Below are positions 49,919-59,443 of a DNA stretch of 64,000 nucleotides, piece by piece. This stretch comes from Nitrospirota bacterium (GTDB lineage Bacteria; Nitrospirota; UBA9217): contig OY760142.1 in NCBI GenBank assembly GCA_963663225.1, positions 1,216,001 to 1,280,000 of the forward strand, given 5' to 3'. Position 1 is the stretch's first letter; each line of letters opens with the position of its first letter. Both the position numbers and the translations under genes were made by a program. The notes under the pieces were generated by a model. It made no database searches. It was not told the DNA's origin and worked only from the letters and a program-made list of their open reading frames with translations.

Positions 49919-52853
49919 TATCCTGTCTTTGGAACTGGCTGAATATTCGAACCATCGCCCGCTGGTTGGGTAAGTACAGGGCAGGCGGTAATGTTTTCAG
50001 AAGTTCGAAGTTCTGTGGTTCTCGCGAGCACAGCTGTTTGAAGTCGCAGTTCGCACATTTATCGGGATGCGGCCGCATCGGAAAATCAGCGTTGAGAATA
50101 CCCTGTACTGCCCATTCTATGTTCGCGAGGGCGGCATCGACGGCCTCGGACGTTATCGGTATCTCGATTCGCTTGTTGTCTTTCAAGAGATGTACACTGC
50201 CCGTCTTGGCATTCTGACCGATGACTTGATCCGCTGCGCTCGCATACAATTGAACTTGCAAGGAGAGCTCGGTCCAGTCGAGTTTGGCGTTTGTTTCGGG
50301 TGTCTCGCCGCCTTCCATCGCCTTGAAGTCGATGATCTCGGCGTCGAGGATGTTCCCGCTCTGATCTTCACGGAGCAACAAATCAATCGCGCCAGAGATC
50401 ACGCAATTTGATGCTGGTATCTCGAAAGCTACCTCAACTTGCCTTTCCCGCTCGAAGTCGGCACCGTACGAGCCCACGTAGTCCTGAGTAATTTCGACAG
50501 CCCGGTTCTTTGCTTTCTCGTACGCGCCTGGATTATTAACTGGATCGCGGCTCTCAGGAACATGCTTCAAGTGAAAAGTATTTTGTATGACCTGTTCAAT
50601 TTCGTCCGCACGAGGCGGTGCTTGGGGAAACAGTTCATGTAACTTTTGGATGGATGTATGAACCGTCTGTCCAAAACCGAACATTTCCGGAATGGCAGGA
50701 TTAAGACCATACCGTTTCCGAAATTGATAGCCCTTTGGGCACTGCAGGTAGTATTTGATTTCAGTGAAACTTGTTGGATAGTCGGCATCCTCGACTCTGC
50801 GACGAGGTGTAGTCGGAACGAGCCCTAGAGGAAGTCCTGCGGGGTCTTTAACAATCGCAGGGTGCAATGCGAACCGAAGCGCAAAGATCGATTGTGGTCT
50901 GGGTTTCTTTCCTTGCGGCAATTGTGCAGCGCCGGTTATGTAAAGATACCGTTCAGCGCGCGTGGCAGCCGTGTAGAAAAGTCTTATTTGCTCATTCTCA
51001 GTACTCTGATAAGCCCCACGGTTGACTGCCGGAGCCATGACGCCAGCTGGCAGCCATCCGGAATAGCTACTACGTTTTTTCGGGAACCGCTGAGCTTCCA
51101 CGTCCACGACGAATACACATGGAAACTCGAGTCCCTTCATTTTATGAACAGTCGATACTGTTACTGTATCCGGCCGTTGTAACAGATCATCAGTAGATAC
51201 ATCGTATCCTATTTCGGCGGCATTTTGCAAAAAATTGAGGACTTCCGAGAAGCGAAACGTAGAATCGACACTCATGTACACAGTTTCGACGTCCAAAATC
51301 ATGCGGCTGAATAGCCCTATATCCCGCATCACATCGTCGCCGAAGTTCGTCCTGGCAATATTAAACGCCTCTAACAAATCGTAAACGAGCTGTTGCGGAT
51401 AGAGCCGAATCCTCGTTGATCCTTGGGGTCGATGAATCTTACGATGCCAATCGGTAAGAATACGGATTACTGCATTAATGTCCGAGTCGGGAAACGCGGG
51501 ACGTACTTGGGCGTTGAAATGCTGCTGCACGGTGTTCCGGTCGAGAAACGTTTGCCGGAGTAGCTCAAAAGTGCCACGAAGTACTGCTATCTGCGGACGG
51601 TCAAATGGGCCGCCTCCTGATTCCAAACTATAGGGAAGTCCTAAATCACCTAAAGCTCCGGTGAACGCACTGTGCCTTGGAAAACCATTTTGTTCTGGCT
51701 CTCGTGTGGACTGCATTAATACAGCAAAATCAGCCGGGGTTAAGCCCCTGCTCTGTCCATTGTCGTTGTAGGCAGTGCCAAGTAGATCATTGATCTTTCT
51801 TGCTACCCAGTCAGCCTCGGTTGGACGGTCTGGAAACCACAGCACCCGAGTATCCTGAGGTGCGATATTAGCAACCGCGGATGGGTTCTTTGGAAACCGG
51901 CTCGGCCCCAGCATTGCCACTGCAAATGCATCCGATGCCTGCACGATCGGCTCAGTACTTCGAAAATTTTCGGACAATGTATGTACACTACAGCTCGGAT
52001 ACCGTTGCTGAAATCCTAGTATGTTTGTAACATCCGCCCCACGCCAAGCATATATAGACTGATCGTCGTCCCCGACTACAAAGAGGGTCTGAGAGCGACT
52101 GTGCAGAAGTCGGATTAGCTCTTCTTGACAAGGATTGACATCTTGGTATTCGTCTACCATGAGATGCCGCAGCAGGCCGACCCCTTTTTCAACACCCCGT
52201 GAATTGCTACGGATCGCCTCAACCACGTTTCTGATCATGAGGGAAAAATCGATATATTGGTCCGCCCGGAGTCCATCCCGAATGGCTGTAAGTAACTCAC
52301 CTATCTCCGCGTCCTCTGCAGCGATTGCATTGAAGTCTAATAGCTCATCATTCGCGGTTTTCCATGCATCAGACGCCTGTTTGATCGTGTCGAAGTAGCT
52401 ACCCTCTTTATTTGGCCCTGCTCCTTTTGCTCGTCTGCGTAGCGGTTTAAGTTTTAATGCGCCGAATCGTGAGATCATGTACAGCTTCAGACGGTTCTCG
52501 TCCAAGACATCGAACTGACGATACGTTGCATCCATGTCGCCTAAGACTCTTTGGCAGTAAGCATGAATTGTCCCGATGAACATCGCACCCATGACCGTTG
52601 GGTCGATCCCTGCCTTAGTTAGGGCTTGAGAAACGCGCCGCTTGATTGTTTCTGCCGCCTTTTCAGTAAATGTGAAGGCTACGATGCTATCAGGAGACTG
52701 TCCCTCGGCTAAGAGCCTCGCTATCCTATATGCCAGCGTTCTTGACTTCCCTGATCCTGCGCAAGCCAGACACAATACTTCTCTCACAGGATCAACTGCT
52801 GCGTCATATTGCTCTGGTGTAAGTTCCGCTCTCAATACCTGATCGATGTCCAT
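49908..52853 (-). CDS. UvrD/Rep (SF1A) helicase fused to a C-terminal PD-(D/E)XK RecB-like nuclease with Fe-S cysteines
   Basis: Helicase motifs AGSGKS, FTFTEKAA, VDEYQD, GDDDQSIYAWRGA, NFRS, TVHKMKGLEF, YTAATRA. Nuclease motifs GAIDLL, IIDFK, QVQLY. Cysteines QCP and CANC..C. Confidence 0.9.
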   Translation of the reverse strand: MDIDQVLRAELTPEQYDAAVDPVREVLCLACAGSGKSRTLAYRIARLLAEGQSPDSIVAFTFTEKAAETIKRRVSQALTKAGIDPTVMGAMFIGTIHAYCQRVLGDMDATYRQFDVLDENRLKLYMISRFGALKLKPLRRRAKGAGPNKEGSYFDTIKQASDAWKTANDELLDFNAIAAEDAEIGELLTAIRDGLRADQYIDFSLMIRNVVEAIRSNSRGVEKGVGLLRHLMVDEYQDVNPCQEELIRLLHSRSQTLFVVGDDDQSIYAWRGADVTNILGFQQRYPSCSVHTLSENFRSTEPIVQASDAFAVAMLGPSRFPKNPSAVANIAPQDTRVLWFPDRPTEADWVARKINDLLGTAYNDNGQSRGLTPADFAVLMQSTREPEQNGFPRHSAFTGALGDLGLPYSLESGGGPFDRPQIAVLRGTFELLRQTFLDRNTVQQHFNAQVRPAFPDSDINAVIRILTDWHRKIHRPQGSTRIRLYPQQLVYDLLEAFNIARTNFGDDVMRDIGLFSRMILDVETVYMSVDSTFRFSEVLNFLQNAAEIGYDVSTDDLLQRPDTVTVSTVHKMKGLEFPCVFVVDVEAQRFPKKRSSYSGWLPAGVMAPAVNRGAYQSTENEQIRLFYTAATRAERYLYITGAAQLPQGKKPRPQSIFALRFALHPAIVKDPAGLPLGLVPTTPRRRVEDADYPTSFTEIKYYLQCPKGYQFRKRYGLNPAIPEMFGFGQTVHTSIQKLHELFPQAPPRADEIEQVIQNTFHLKHVPESRDPVNNPGAYEKAKNRAVEITQDYVGSYGADFERERQVEVAFEIPASNCVISGAIDLLLREDQSGNILDAEIIDFKAMEGGETPETNAKLDWTELSLQVQLYASAADQVIGQNAKTGSVHLLKDNKRIEIPITSEAVDAALANIEWAVQGILNADFPMRPHPDKCANCDFKQLCSREPQNFELLKTLPPALYLPNQRAMVRIFSQFQRQDNAG

Positions 52854-52877
52854 TGCGTTCTGACCTCATGCTGTTAC

Positions 52878-53930
52878 TTATACTCTGTTAACATTCAGCA
52901 AGCCGCGTCTAATACATCTTCCATGAGCAGCAATCATCGGAGGTGGCAAGGCATTCCCTATCATCAATGCCACCGCTGATTTGCTCTCTGCTATTGGGAA
53001 TTTGTATCGGGATGGGAATCCCTGTAGAAGTGCAGCTTCGCGCATTGTGATCGCTCTATTCTCTTTTGGGTGAATGAAGCGACCCTTTGATGGATTGAAG
53101 CATCCGCTGGTGATCGTGGGGGCGACATCGTCCCAGGCCATGCGCCCGTAGACGTCCTTGAACCCAGAACATCGCTTATGACATTTTAGTTGAAATCTCT
53201 TCGGTAAATCCGTGCGGCTTCCGCCGTTTCTCGGTACTCGCCGTATAATATCCATAACCCTAGGCGTACGATGCTCCGGCATATCGTGCAGGCGGTCTCC
53301 ACTTTTACCCGCAGCCGGTAGCTTCCCGATAGCATCCCTGACTGTCCGCAGTCTGTTAGTTTTCGCTGCGAAGGGTATCTCAACGCCCATACCGGCAAGA
53401 TAAATCAACCTGCGTCTTCGCTGCGGGACACGGTAATCCTTGGCATTCAGGACACGGTGGCCCCCGAAATATCCGAGTTTCTTCATTGCTCTACTAAATG
53501 TAGCAAACCGTTTATCATCACCAAGGCCAGGTACATTTTCCAGCATTATAGCTCGTGGACGGAGGATCTCTACGAACCGTTGAAATTCAAGTAATAGGTC
53601 ATTCCGCGAATCAATGATCTTGAGCGCTCCATTGAGTGTCCTCAATGTAGAGAAACCTTGACAAGGCGGGCATCCAGCCAGGAGGTCCAGCTCTCCCTTT
53701 TTCAGTCCGAGATCAGCGAGTAAGCGTCTCGGGCTAAGTCGCCTGATGTCCTTTTCCCACACCATGACATTGCGATGATTTGCCTTATAGGTCATCATGG
53801 CAAGAGGATCGATATCAACAGCACCCAACACGCGAAAGCCAGCATTTTTGAGTCCGACCGTAGTTCCACCGCACCCGCAGAAAAGGTCAATAGCCGACAG
53901 TTTTTTCTTATTTGCTTTCTTGCTCTTCAT
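52878..53930 (-). CDS. DNA (cytosine-5)-methyltransferase
   Basis: DLFCGCGG, GCPPCQGFS, ENVPG, PQRRRR, REAALLQGFP and IGNALPP motifs. Confidence 0.95.
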   Translation of the reverse strand: MKSKKANKKKLSAIDLFCGCGGTTVGLKNAGFRVLGAVDIDPLAMMTYKANHRNVMVWEKDIRRLSPRRLLADLGLKKGELDLLAGCPPCQGFSTLRTLNGALKIIDSRNDLLLEFQRFVEILRPRAIMLENVPGLGDDKRFATFSRAMKKLGYFGGHRVLNAKDYRVPQRRRRLIYLAGMGVEIPFAAKTNRLRTVRDAIGKLPAAGKSGDRLHDMPEHRTPRVMDIIRRVPRNGGSRTDLPKRFQLKCHKRCSGFKDVYGRMAWDDVAPTITSGCFNPSKGRFIHPKENRAITMREAALLQGFPSRYKFPIAESKSAVALMIGNALPPPMIAAHGRCIRRGLLNVNRV

Positions 53931-54007
53931 CTTTTTGCAATAATGGGTAGGATATGTACGATGTGATGGGAAAATCTTCAAAGGTGAAGTTCCTCCCAGA
54001 TGTGATG

Positions 54008-54036
54008 AGAATACTATGCTTTTGCGAAAGAAGCAA
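54008..54036 (-). promoter_or_regulatory. Putative sigma70 promoter of the MTase-helicase-vsr operon
   Basis: Minus strand TTGCTT-N17-TATTCT. Confidence 0.45.
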
Positions 54037-54073
54037 GGACTTTTTCTTAATATTTAAGTTGGTTTTCCGCCTG

Positions 54074-54089
54074 TAAGCACTAGTGCTTA
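54074..54089. promoter_or_regulatory. 16-bp perfect palindrome, possible operator
   Basis: TAAGCACTAGTGCTTA in a divergent intergenic region. Confidence 0.45.
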
Positions 54090-54190
54090 ATCAAAACAAG
54101 AACTTGATTGAAATGTGAAAACAAGGGTATAATCTTTTGGCAGTTTAACATCATGCTGCAAGTTTTCAGCGTTTACAGGGAGGGCCTATT

Positions 54191-55519
54191 TTGGGTTATC
54201 TTTGGCTGAACATCAAACATAAAGTGCTGACGGTTTCAGCGCTCTTAATCCTGCTGGTGATGATGCTATCCGGATGCGGCGCCGCGACCGATTACCTCGC
54301 CTTCATGGGGCGACATAAATCCCTGGAATCTTCATTTCAATCTCATCCCAGTCTGGAAGCAAGACGGGAACTGTATCCGGAAGATTGCTTCTACCTGAGC
54401 GGCAGGATTCTGATGAACCGCCCGTACAACGGCCCGGTGCTGATTGTCGCGGTCTCCGACCGGTATGCGCAGCGCGAAATTGTCGCTACCCGCATACTTC
54501 GAAGCCCTGCCACGTTTTACTCGCTCTTCCTGCCGGAAGGGGAGTACGATCTTCTGGCCTTTGTCGATCTGAACAATAACAATTATTTTGAATCTCAGGA
54601 AATGATCGGCTGGACACCGATGGGGAAGCGGGCAACTGTCAATCGCTCATTGACCGTTGACGGCATCACGGTGGTCGGCCCGGAAGTCAAGCTCGATTTC
54701 AACGTCACCAAAAAAGCGGAGATTCCGGTTAATACGAAGGTGACGGTGAACAGCTACAAATATACTTCCCTTGATGATGATTTCTTCGATTCCCGGTACG
54801 GCACCATGGGAGTCTACCGTCCCACGCAGCTGCTGACCCATACCCAAGGGTCGATATTTTCCCTGGAAGAATATGATGCCAAGAAAACAGTTGTTCTGTT
54901 TGTGCACGGCATGGAAGGAACGCCGCAGGACTGGAAGTATATGGTGGACGGTCTGGACCGAAGCCGCTTTCAGCCCTGGTTTTACTACTACCCGTCCGGC
55001 CTGCCCCTGGCGCAGCTCGAATCTCATCTGGCCAATTCCATCATCGAAAGGAACACCAGACACACTATTAACCGGTTGATCATTGTCGCGCACAGCATGG
55101 GCGGCCTCGTGGCGCGGTCGGCCATCGACACGCTGAGCAAGCGTGACAAGCCGTCGTATTTGAAGATGTATATTTCGATGTCGTCGCCATACGGCGGCGT
55201 GGAGGACGCGAACAGCGGCCTCAAATCGGCGCCTGTTGTGGTCCCCTCCTGGCGCGATGTAGCGACAGAGAGCGTGTTTTTGACGCAGCTGTACCAACAG
55301 GAAACTCCACAGAACCTCCCCTTTTACATGTTTTTCAGTTATCGAAACCGGTCCGGGGCCAGCGGCGACGGGGTGATTGCCCTGAAGAGCCAGCTTGATT
55401 CACGGATACACATGAAGGCAATAAAGACATACGGATTCGATACGACCCATGTCGGGATTCTGAATGATGAAGCAGTGAGGCGGGAGTTTTACCGGCTTTT
55501 GGAGACGGTCCACCCGTGA
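54191..55519 (+). CDS. Alpha/beta hydrolase lipoprotein
   Basis: Lipobox LSGC; FVHG, AHSMGG nucleophile elbow, DGVI and HVGIL. Confidence 0.85.
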   Translation: MGYLWLNIKHKVLTVSALLILLVMMLSGCGAATDYLAFMGRHKSLESSFQSHPSLEARRELYPEDCFYLSGRILMNRPYNGPVLIVAVSDRYAQREIVATRILRSPATFYSLFLPEGEYDLLAFVDLNNNNYFESQEMIGWTPMGKRATVNRSLTVDGITVVGPEVKLDFNVTKKAEIPVNTKVTVNSYKYTSLDDDFFDSRYGTMGVYRPTQLLTHTQGSIFSLEEYDAKKTVVLFVHGMEGTPQDWKYMVDGLDRSRFQPWFYYYPSGLPLAQLESHLANSIIERNTRHTINRLIIVAHSMGGLVARSAIDTLSKRDKPSYLKMYISMSSPYGGVEDANSGLKSAPVVVPSWRDVATESVFLTQLYQQETPQNLPFYMFFSYRNRSGASGDGVIALKSQLDSRIHMKAIKTYGFDTTHVGILNDEAVRREFYRLLETVHP

Positions 55520-55550
55520 CAAAACAGGGACAACGAGCGAGGAGCGGAAA

Positions 55551-56693
55551 ATGAAAAAAATATTCTGCGTTCTGGTGCTGCTTCTGAGCGTGCATGCCGG
55601 ATGGGCGGCGGAACCGCTGCGGATAGGCTTTATCGGCCCGATGACCGGCAGCTTTGCGGACGCAAGCAAGGAAGCAACGCAGGTGCTGACGCTGCTTGCT
55701 GCGGACATCAACGACCAGGGCGGGCCAGTCGGACGGAAGATTGAATTATTCTTCGAAGACGACGGCGGCAGCCCGGAGGCGGCGCTGGCAGCGGCGAAAA
55801 AGCTGCTCCTCCGGAATCCCGTTGCCGTCATCGGCACCCAGACATCGACCATTACGGAAGCCCTGCAACCTGTCTTCAACGACCGAGGAATCATCCATAT
55901 ATCGCATGCCGCCACGGCGATGCCGCTGACGGAAAAAGGGTATAAATATTTTTTCCGCACCTGCCCCCAGAACAACGACCAGGCAAAGGCAGTGATAAAG
56001 AGCATCCGGAAAATGAACATTAAAAAGGCGGCCCTGATTCACGACGGCAGCCTCTATGGACAGGACCTGGCCGACGCGGTGCGCAAGGAGCTGTTCAACT
56101 GGATGATCGATGTTGTGTATGACGGGCAGCTGAAAGCCGGTCCGCCGGATTATCTTTCGCTCGTGGAGCAAGTGAAGGCAGCAGGCCCGGAACTGGTCTT
56201 TTTTGCGGGCTATTATCCCGAAGCCGCGAAGCTCCTGTCGGCCCGCAGCCGGCTGAATTGGACAGTGCCGTTCATGAGCGGGGACGGGGCAAACAACAGC
56301 GACCTTGTCGAAATCGCCGGGGAAAAAGCCGCGGCGGGTTTTTATTTCATCAGCCATCCGGCGCCGGAAGACCTTGCTTCTCCGAGGACAAAAACGTTTC
56401 TCGACCGCTACCAAAAAACCTACGGCACAAAGCTTTCCTCGATTTTCGCCCTCTTTGCCGGCGATGCCTTGATCGCCGTTCTGGAAGGCGTCACGAAAGT
56501 GCAGTCAACAGACCCGGACCAGATTTCGGATTATCTGCATCGCAGTTATTTTAATACCGGCGCGCTCACGGGCAAGCAGTACTTCAATTATAAAGGCGAC
56601 GTGATGAATGACCTGCACGGTTTATACCGGGTGGACAATGAAGGCCGTTTTGTTCTTCAAACCGTTCATGCCGGCGGGCAAGCCGGCCGATAG
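55551..56693 (+). CDS. Branched-chain amino acid ABC-type substrate-binding protein (LivJ/K-like, orphan)
   Basis: Signal peptide; IGFIGPMTG, INDQGG..GRKIEL and YFFRTCP motifs. Confidence 0.88.
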   Translation: MKKIFCVLVLLLSVHAGWAAEPLRIGFIGPMTGSFADASKEATQVLTLLAADINDQGGPVGRKIELFFEDDGGSPEAALAAAKKLLLRNPVAVIGTQTSTITEALQPVFNDRGIIHISHAATAMPLTEKGYKYFFRTCPQNNDQAKAVIKSIRKMNIKKAALIHDGSLYGQDLADAVRKELFNWMIDVVYDGQLKAGPPDYLSLVEQVKAAGPELVFFAGYYPEAAKLLSARSRLNWTVPFMSGDGANNSDLVEIAGEKAAAGFYFISHPAPEDLASPRTKTFLDRYQKTYGTKLSSIFALFAGDALIAVLEGVTKVQSTDPDQISDYLHRSYFNTGALTGKQYFNYKGDVMNDLHGLYRVDNEGRFVLQTVHAGGQAGR

Positions 56694-56729
56694 CCGCGTG
56701 CGGCGCGTCCGGGTTTCGCGGATGAACAA

Positions 56730-57488
56730 GTGGAATTTGGAAAAATGATCGTCAAAGAGGTCAAGGCAAAGGGCATCCTGTCAAAATCAAAGATCAATGA
56801 TTACGCCTTGAATGCCTATATCGGCTGTGAGCATGCGTGCACGTACTGCTACGCGCGGTTTATGAAGCGGTACACAGGGCACACGGAAGCCTGGGGAGAT
56901 TTTGTAGACGTAAAAATAAATGCCCCGGACCTGCTGACGAAAGAGGTAAAAACCAAGAAACCGGGAACTGTATGGATAAGCGGCGTCTGCGACGCCTACC
57001 AGCCCCTGGAAGAAAAATATCAACTTACGAGAAGATGCCTTGAAATCCTCGTTGAAAACCACTGGCCCATTGTCGTGCAGACCAAATCCCCTCTGGTGTG
57101 CAGGGACATCGACATCCTGAAGAAATCCGGCGATTGCGAAGTCGGATTTTCCATTGCCACGGCGGACGAAGCAATACGAAAGGTTTTTGAACCCCGGGCT
57201 CCGTTGATACAGAAAAGAGTGGAGGCATTGGCCGCGCTTCGCCGGGAAGGGATCACTACGTTTGTGATGATCGCACCGATGCTGCCCGGTGTTGAAGCCC
57301 TGCCTGAGATGTTGAAAGGACACGTGACGTCCGTGCTTGTTGACAAGATGAATTACCATTACGCGGACTGGGTGTATAAAAAGCAGGGGCTGCAAAAAAC
57401 GATGCAGAGAGAGTTCTACCGCCTGAAAAGCGAGGAGCTGAGAATACAGTTTGAAAAGGCCGGCATTCCCTGCCGGATATTCGGCTGA
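56730..57488 (+). CDS. Radical SAM protein (SplB/Rv2578c-like)
   Basis: NAYIGCEHACTYCYA (CxxxCxxC), DAYQPLE and QTKS motifs. Confidence 0.88.
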   Translation: MEFGKMIVKEVKAKGILSKSKINDYALNAYIGCEHACTYCYARFMKRYTGHTEAWGDFVDVKINAPDLLTKEVKTKKPGTVWISGVCDAYQPLEEKYQLTRRCLEILVENHWPIVVQTKSPLVCRDIDILKKSGDCEVGFSIATADEAIRKVFEPRAPLIQKRVEALAALRREGITTFVMIAPMLPGVEALPEMLKGHVTSVLVDKMNYHYADWVYKKQGLQKTMQREFYRLKSEELRIQFEKAGIPCRIFG

Positions 57489-57582
57489 TTGCTCTCGATC
57501 AAGGTATTATTCTGCGCGGTTTACGAGCGATAGTGGGAAAAAGCAGATTACGCCAGTGCGCGATATGCCTGCATAAACAACA

Positions 57583-57612
57583 AAAGGGCTGCCCGGAACC
57601 GGACAGCCCTTT
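57583..57612. terminator. Intrinsic terminator between convergent genes
   Basis: AAAGGGCTG...CAGCCCTTT hairpin. Confidence 0.7.
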
Positions 57613-57639
57613 GCTTAGAAAGATATGATGAAGCAGCAC

Positions 57640-58008
57640 TTACCCTGCCTGGATTTTTTCTTCCTCTTCCTGGCGGGTCTTGCATTCGATGCAGAGCGTT
57701 GTCACGGGACGCGCTTCGAGCCGCTTGACGCCGATTTCTCCGCCGCAGGACTCGCAGACACCGTACGTTCCGTCGTCGATGCGCGCAATGGCCTCATCGA
57801 TTTTTTTGAGCAGCTTCTGCTCCCGGCCGCGCAGCCGCAGCAGGAAATTGTTGTCGAGTTCCGCCACTGCCTGGTCCGTTGGATCGGGAAAACTCTCTTT
57901 TTCGGTGCTGATTTTCGTATTGAGGGTCTGGCCCGCTTCAGCCAAAAGATCCTGCCGCTGTTTAAGGAGTTTCTTTTTGATCATTTGCAGCTTTGAATCA
58001 GTTACCAT
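57640..58008 (-). CDS. dksA: RNA polymerase-binding factor DksA
   Basis: DPTDQA coiled-coil tip and CESC...RLEARP...CIEC zinc finger. Confidence 0.93.
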   Translation of the reverse strand: MVTDSKLQMIKKKLLKQRQDLLAEAGQTLNTKISTEKESFPDPTDQAVAELDNNFLLRLRGREQKLLKKIDEAIARIDDGTYGVCESCGGEIGVKRLEARPVTTLCIECKTRQEEEEKIQAG

Positions 58009-58046
58009 TTCGCAACCCCTTCTTTACAGATAAAATACAAAGTGCT

Positions 58047-58075
58047 ACTATACCAAAAAAAAACGAATGAGTCAA
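58047..58075 (-). promoter_or_regulatory. Sigma70 promoter of dksA
   Basis: Minus strand TTGACT-N17-TATAGT. Confidence 0.65.
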
Positions 58076-58119
58076 TTGCTAAAAACAACAGAGTGAACAC
58101 CATGGTTTGCTGTTACAAT

Positions 58120-58148
58120 TTGACAAAGAACCCTGTTCCCGATATCAT
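58120..58148 (+). promoter_or_regulatory. Sigma70 promoter of the HD-GYP gene
   Basis: TTGACA-N17-TATCAT, ending 11 nt before the ATG. Confidence 0.65.
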
Positions 58149-58159
58149 AAAATTAACGT

Positions 58160-59389
58160 ATGAAAAATGAAAAGCAAAAACTCGCGAAAATCATAAGGTT
58201 AGGCGCTGAAATCACGGAGATCAAGGATGTCGATGTGCTTTTGGAGCGCATTCTTCGCGAGGCGCGGCAGCTGGTGAACGCCGACGCAGGCTCCATCTAT
58301 ATAAAGGAAGACAATTCCCTGAAATTCAGCTATACCCAGAATGACACGCTGCAGAAGAAGCTCCCCCCGGGGAAAAAGCTGATCTATTCCACGTTTTCGA
58401 TACCGATCAACAATCAATCCATTGCCGGATATGTGGCAAACACCGGGGAAGTCTTAAATATCGCGGATGTGTACAAACTGGAACCCGGGCTTCCGTTCAC
58501 GTTTAACAAGTCCTATGACGGCCTTTCGGGCTACCGCACGCAATCGATGCTGACGTTTCCGCTCAGAACCAATCAGGGCGTTACCGTCGGCGTGCTTCAG
58601 CTGATCAACGGCAAAAGCGAAAAAGGAAGAATCATTTCGTTCAAGAAAAAAGACCAGCTCACCCTGCTCTATTTTGCCAACATGGCGGCCGTTGCCATCG
58701 AGCGGGCGCTCATGACGCGCACGATGATTCTGCGCACCATCAAGATGGCGGAGCTGCGGGACCCCAAGGAAACCGGCGCGCATGTAAACCGCGTTGCCGC
58801 CTATGCGGTGGCCATTTACGAGGCGTGGGCGATGAAACGGAAGGTGCCGCTTGCGGAGGTCGAAAAAAACCGTGACATTCTGCGCATGGCCGCCATGCTC
58901 CACGATGTGGGAAAGGTCGCAATTTCAGACACTATCCTCAAAAAGCCTGCCCGTCTGAGCGATGAAGAGCGCAAAATCATGATGCAGCACGCGTGCGCGG
59001 GCGCGAAGCTCTTTCAGGAGCGGTATTCAGAGTTCGATGAGGCAGCCGCAGTCGTGGCCCTGAACCATCACGAAAAATGGGACGGGACCGGCTATCCGGG
59101 ACACGTGAACCCGTGTGATGGATCCGTCATCTGCGGGTATGAGAACCATGACGGATCGCCGAGGCCGAAGAAAGGGGAAGAAATCCCGCTGTTCGCGAGG
59201 CTTGTCGCGCTGGCCGATGTGTACGATGCGCTCAAGTCGCACAGGGTTTACAAGGAAGAATGGGACGAGACGCGCATTCTTGATGAGGTAAAAACCCACA
59301 GCGGAACGCAGTTCGATCCGGAAGTCGTTGAAATGTTTTTTACCTGCATAGAGACAATCCACAATATTACCGAGCGGTATCCTGATTAA
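58160..59389 (+). CDS. GAF + HD-GYP c-di-GMP phosphodiesterase
   Basis: GAF domain (SIAGYVA, GYRTQSML), LHDVGK, HHEKWDGTGYP and GTQFDP motifs. Confidence 0.92.
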   Translation: MKNEKQKLAKIIRLGAEITEIKDVDVLLERILREARQLVNADAGSIYIKEDNSLKFSYTQNDTLQKKLPPGKKLIYSTFSIPINNQSIAGYVANTGEVLNIADVYKLEPGLPFTFNKSYDGLSGYRTQSMLTFPLRTNQGVTVGVLQLINGKSEKGRIISFKKKDQLTLLYFANMAAVAIERALMTRTMILRTIKMAELRDPKETGAHVNRVAAYAVAIYEAWAMKRKVPLAEVEKNRDILRMAAMLHDVGKVAISDTILKKPARLSDEERKIMMQHACAGAKLFQERYSEFDEAAAVVALNHHEKWDGTGYPGHVNPCDGSVICGYENHDGSPRPKKGEEIPLFARLVALADVYDALKSHRVYKEEWDETRILDEVKTHSGTQFDPEVVEMFFTCIETIHNITERYPD

Positions 59390-59443
59390 AAACCCGAACA
59401 AAATCCAGCGTAAAGGCGATAGCGGCCTGATTCCCATACTCTC

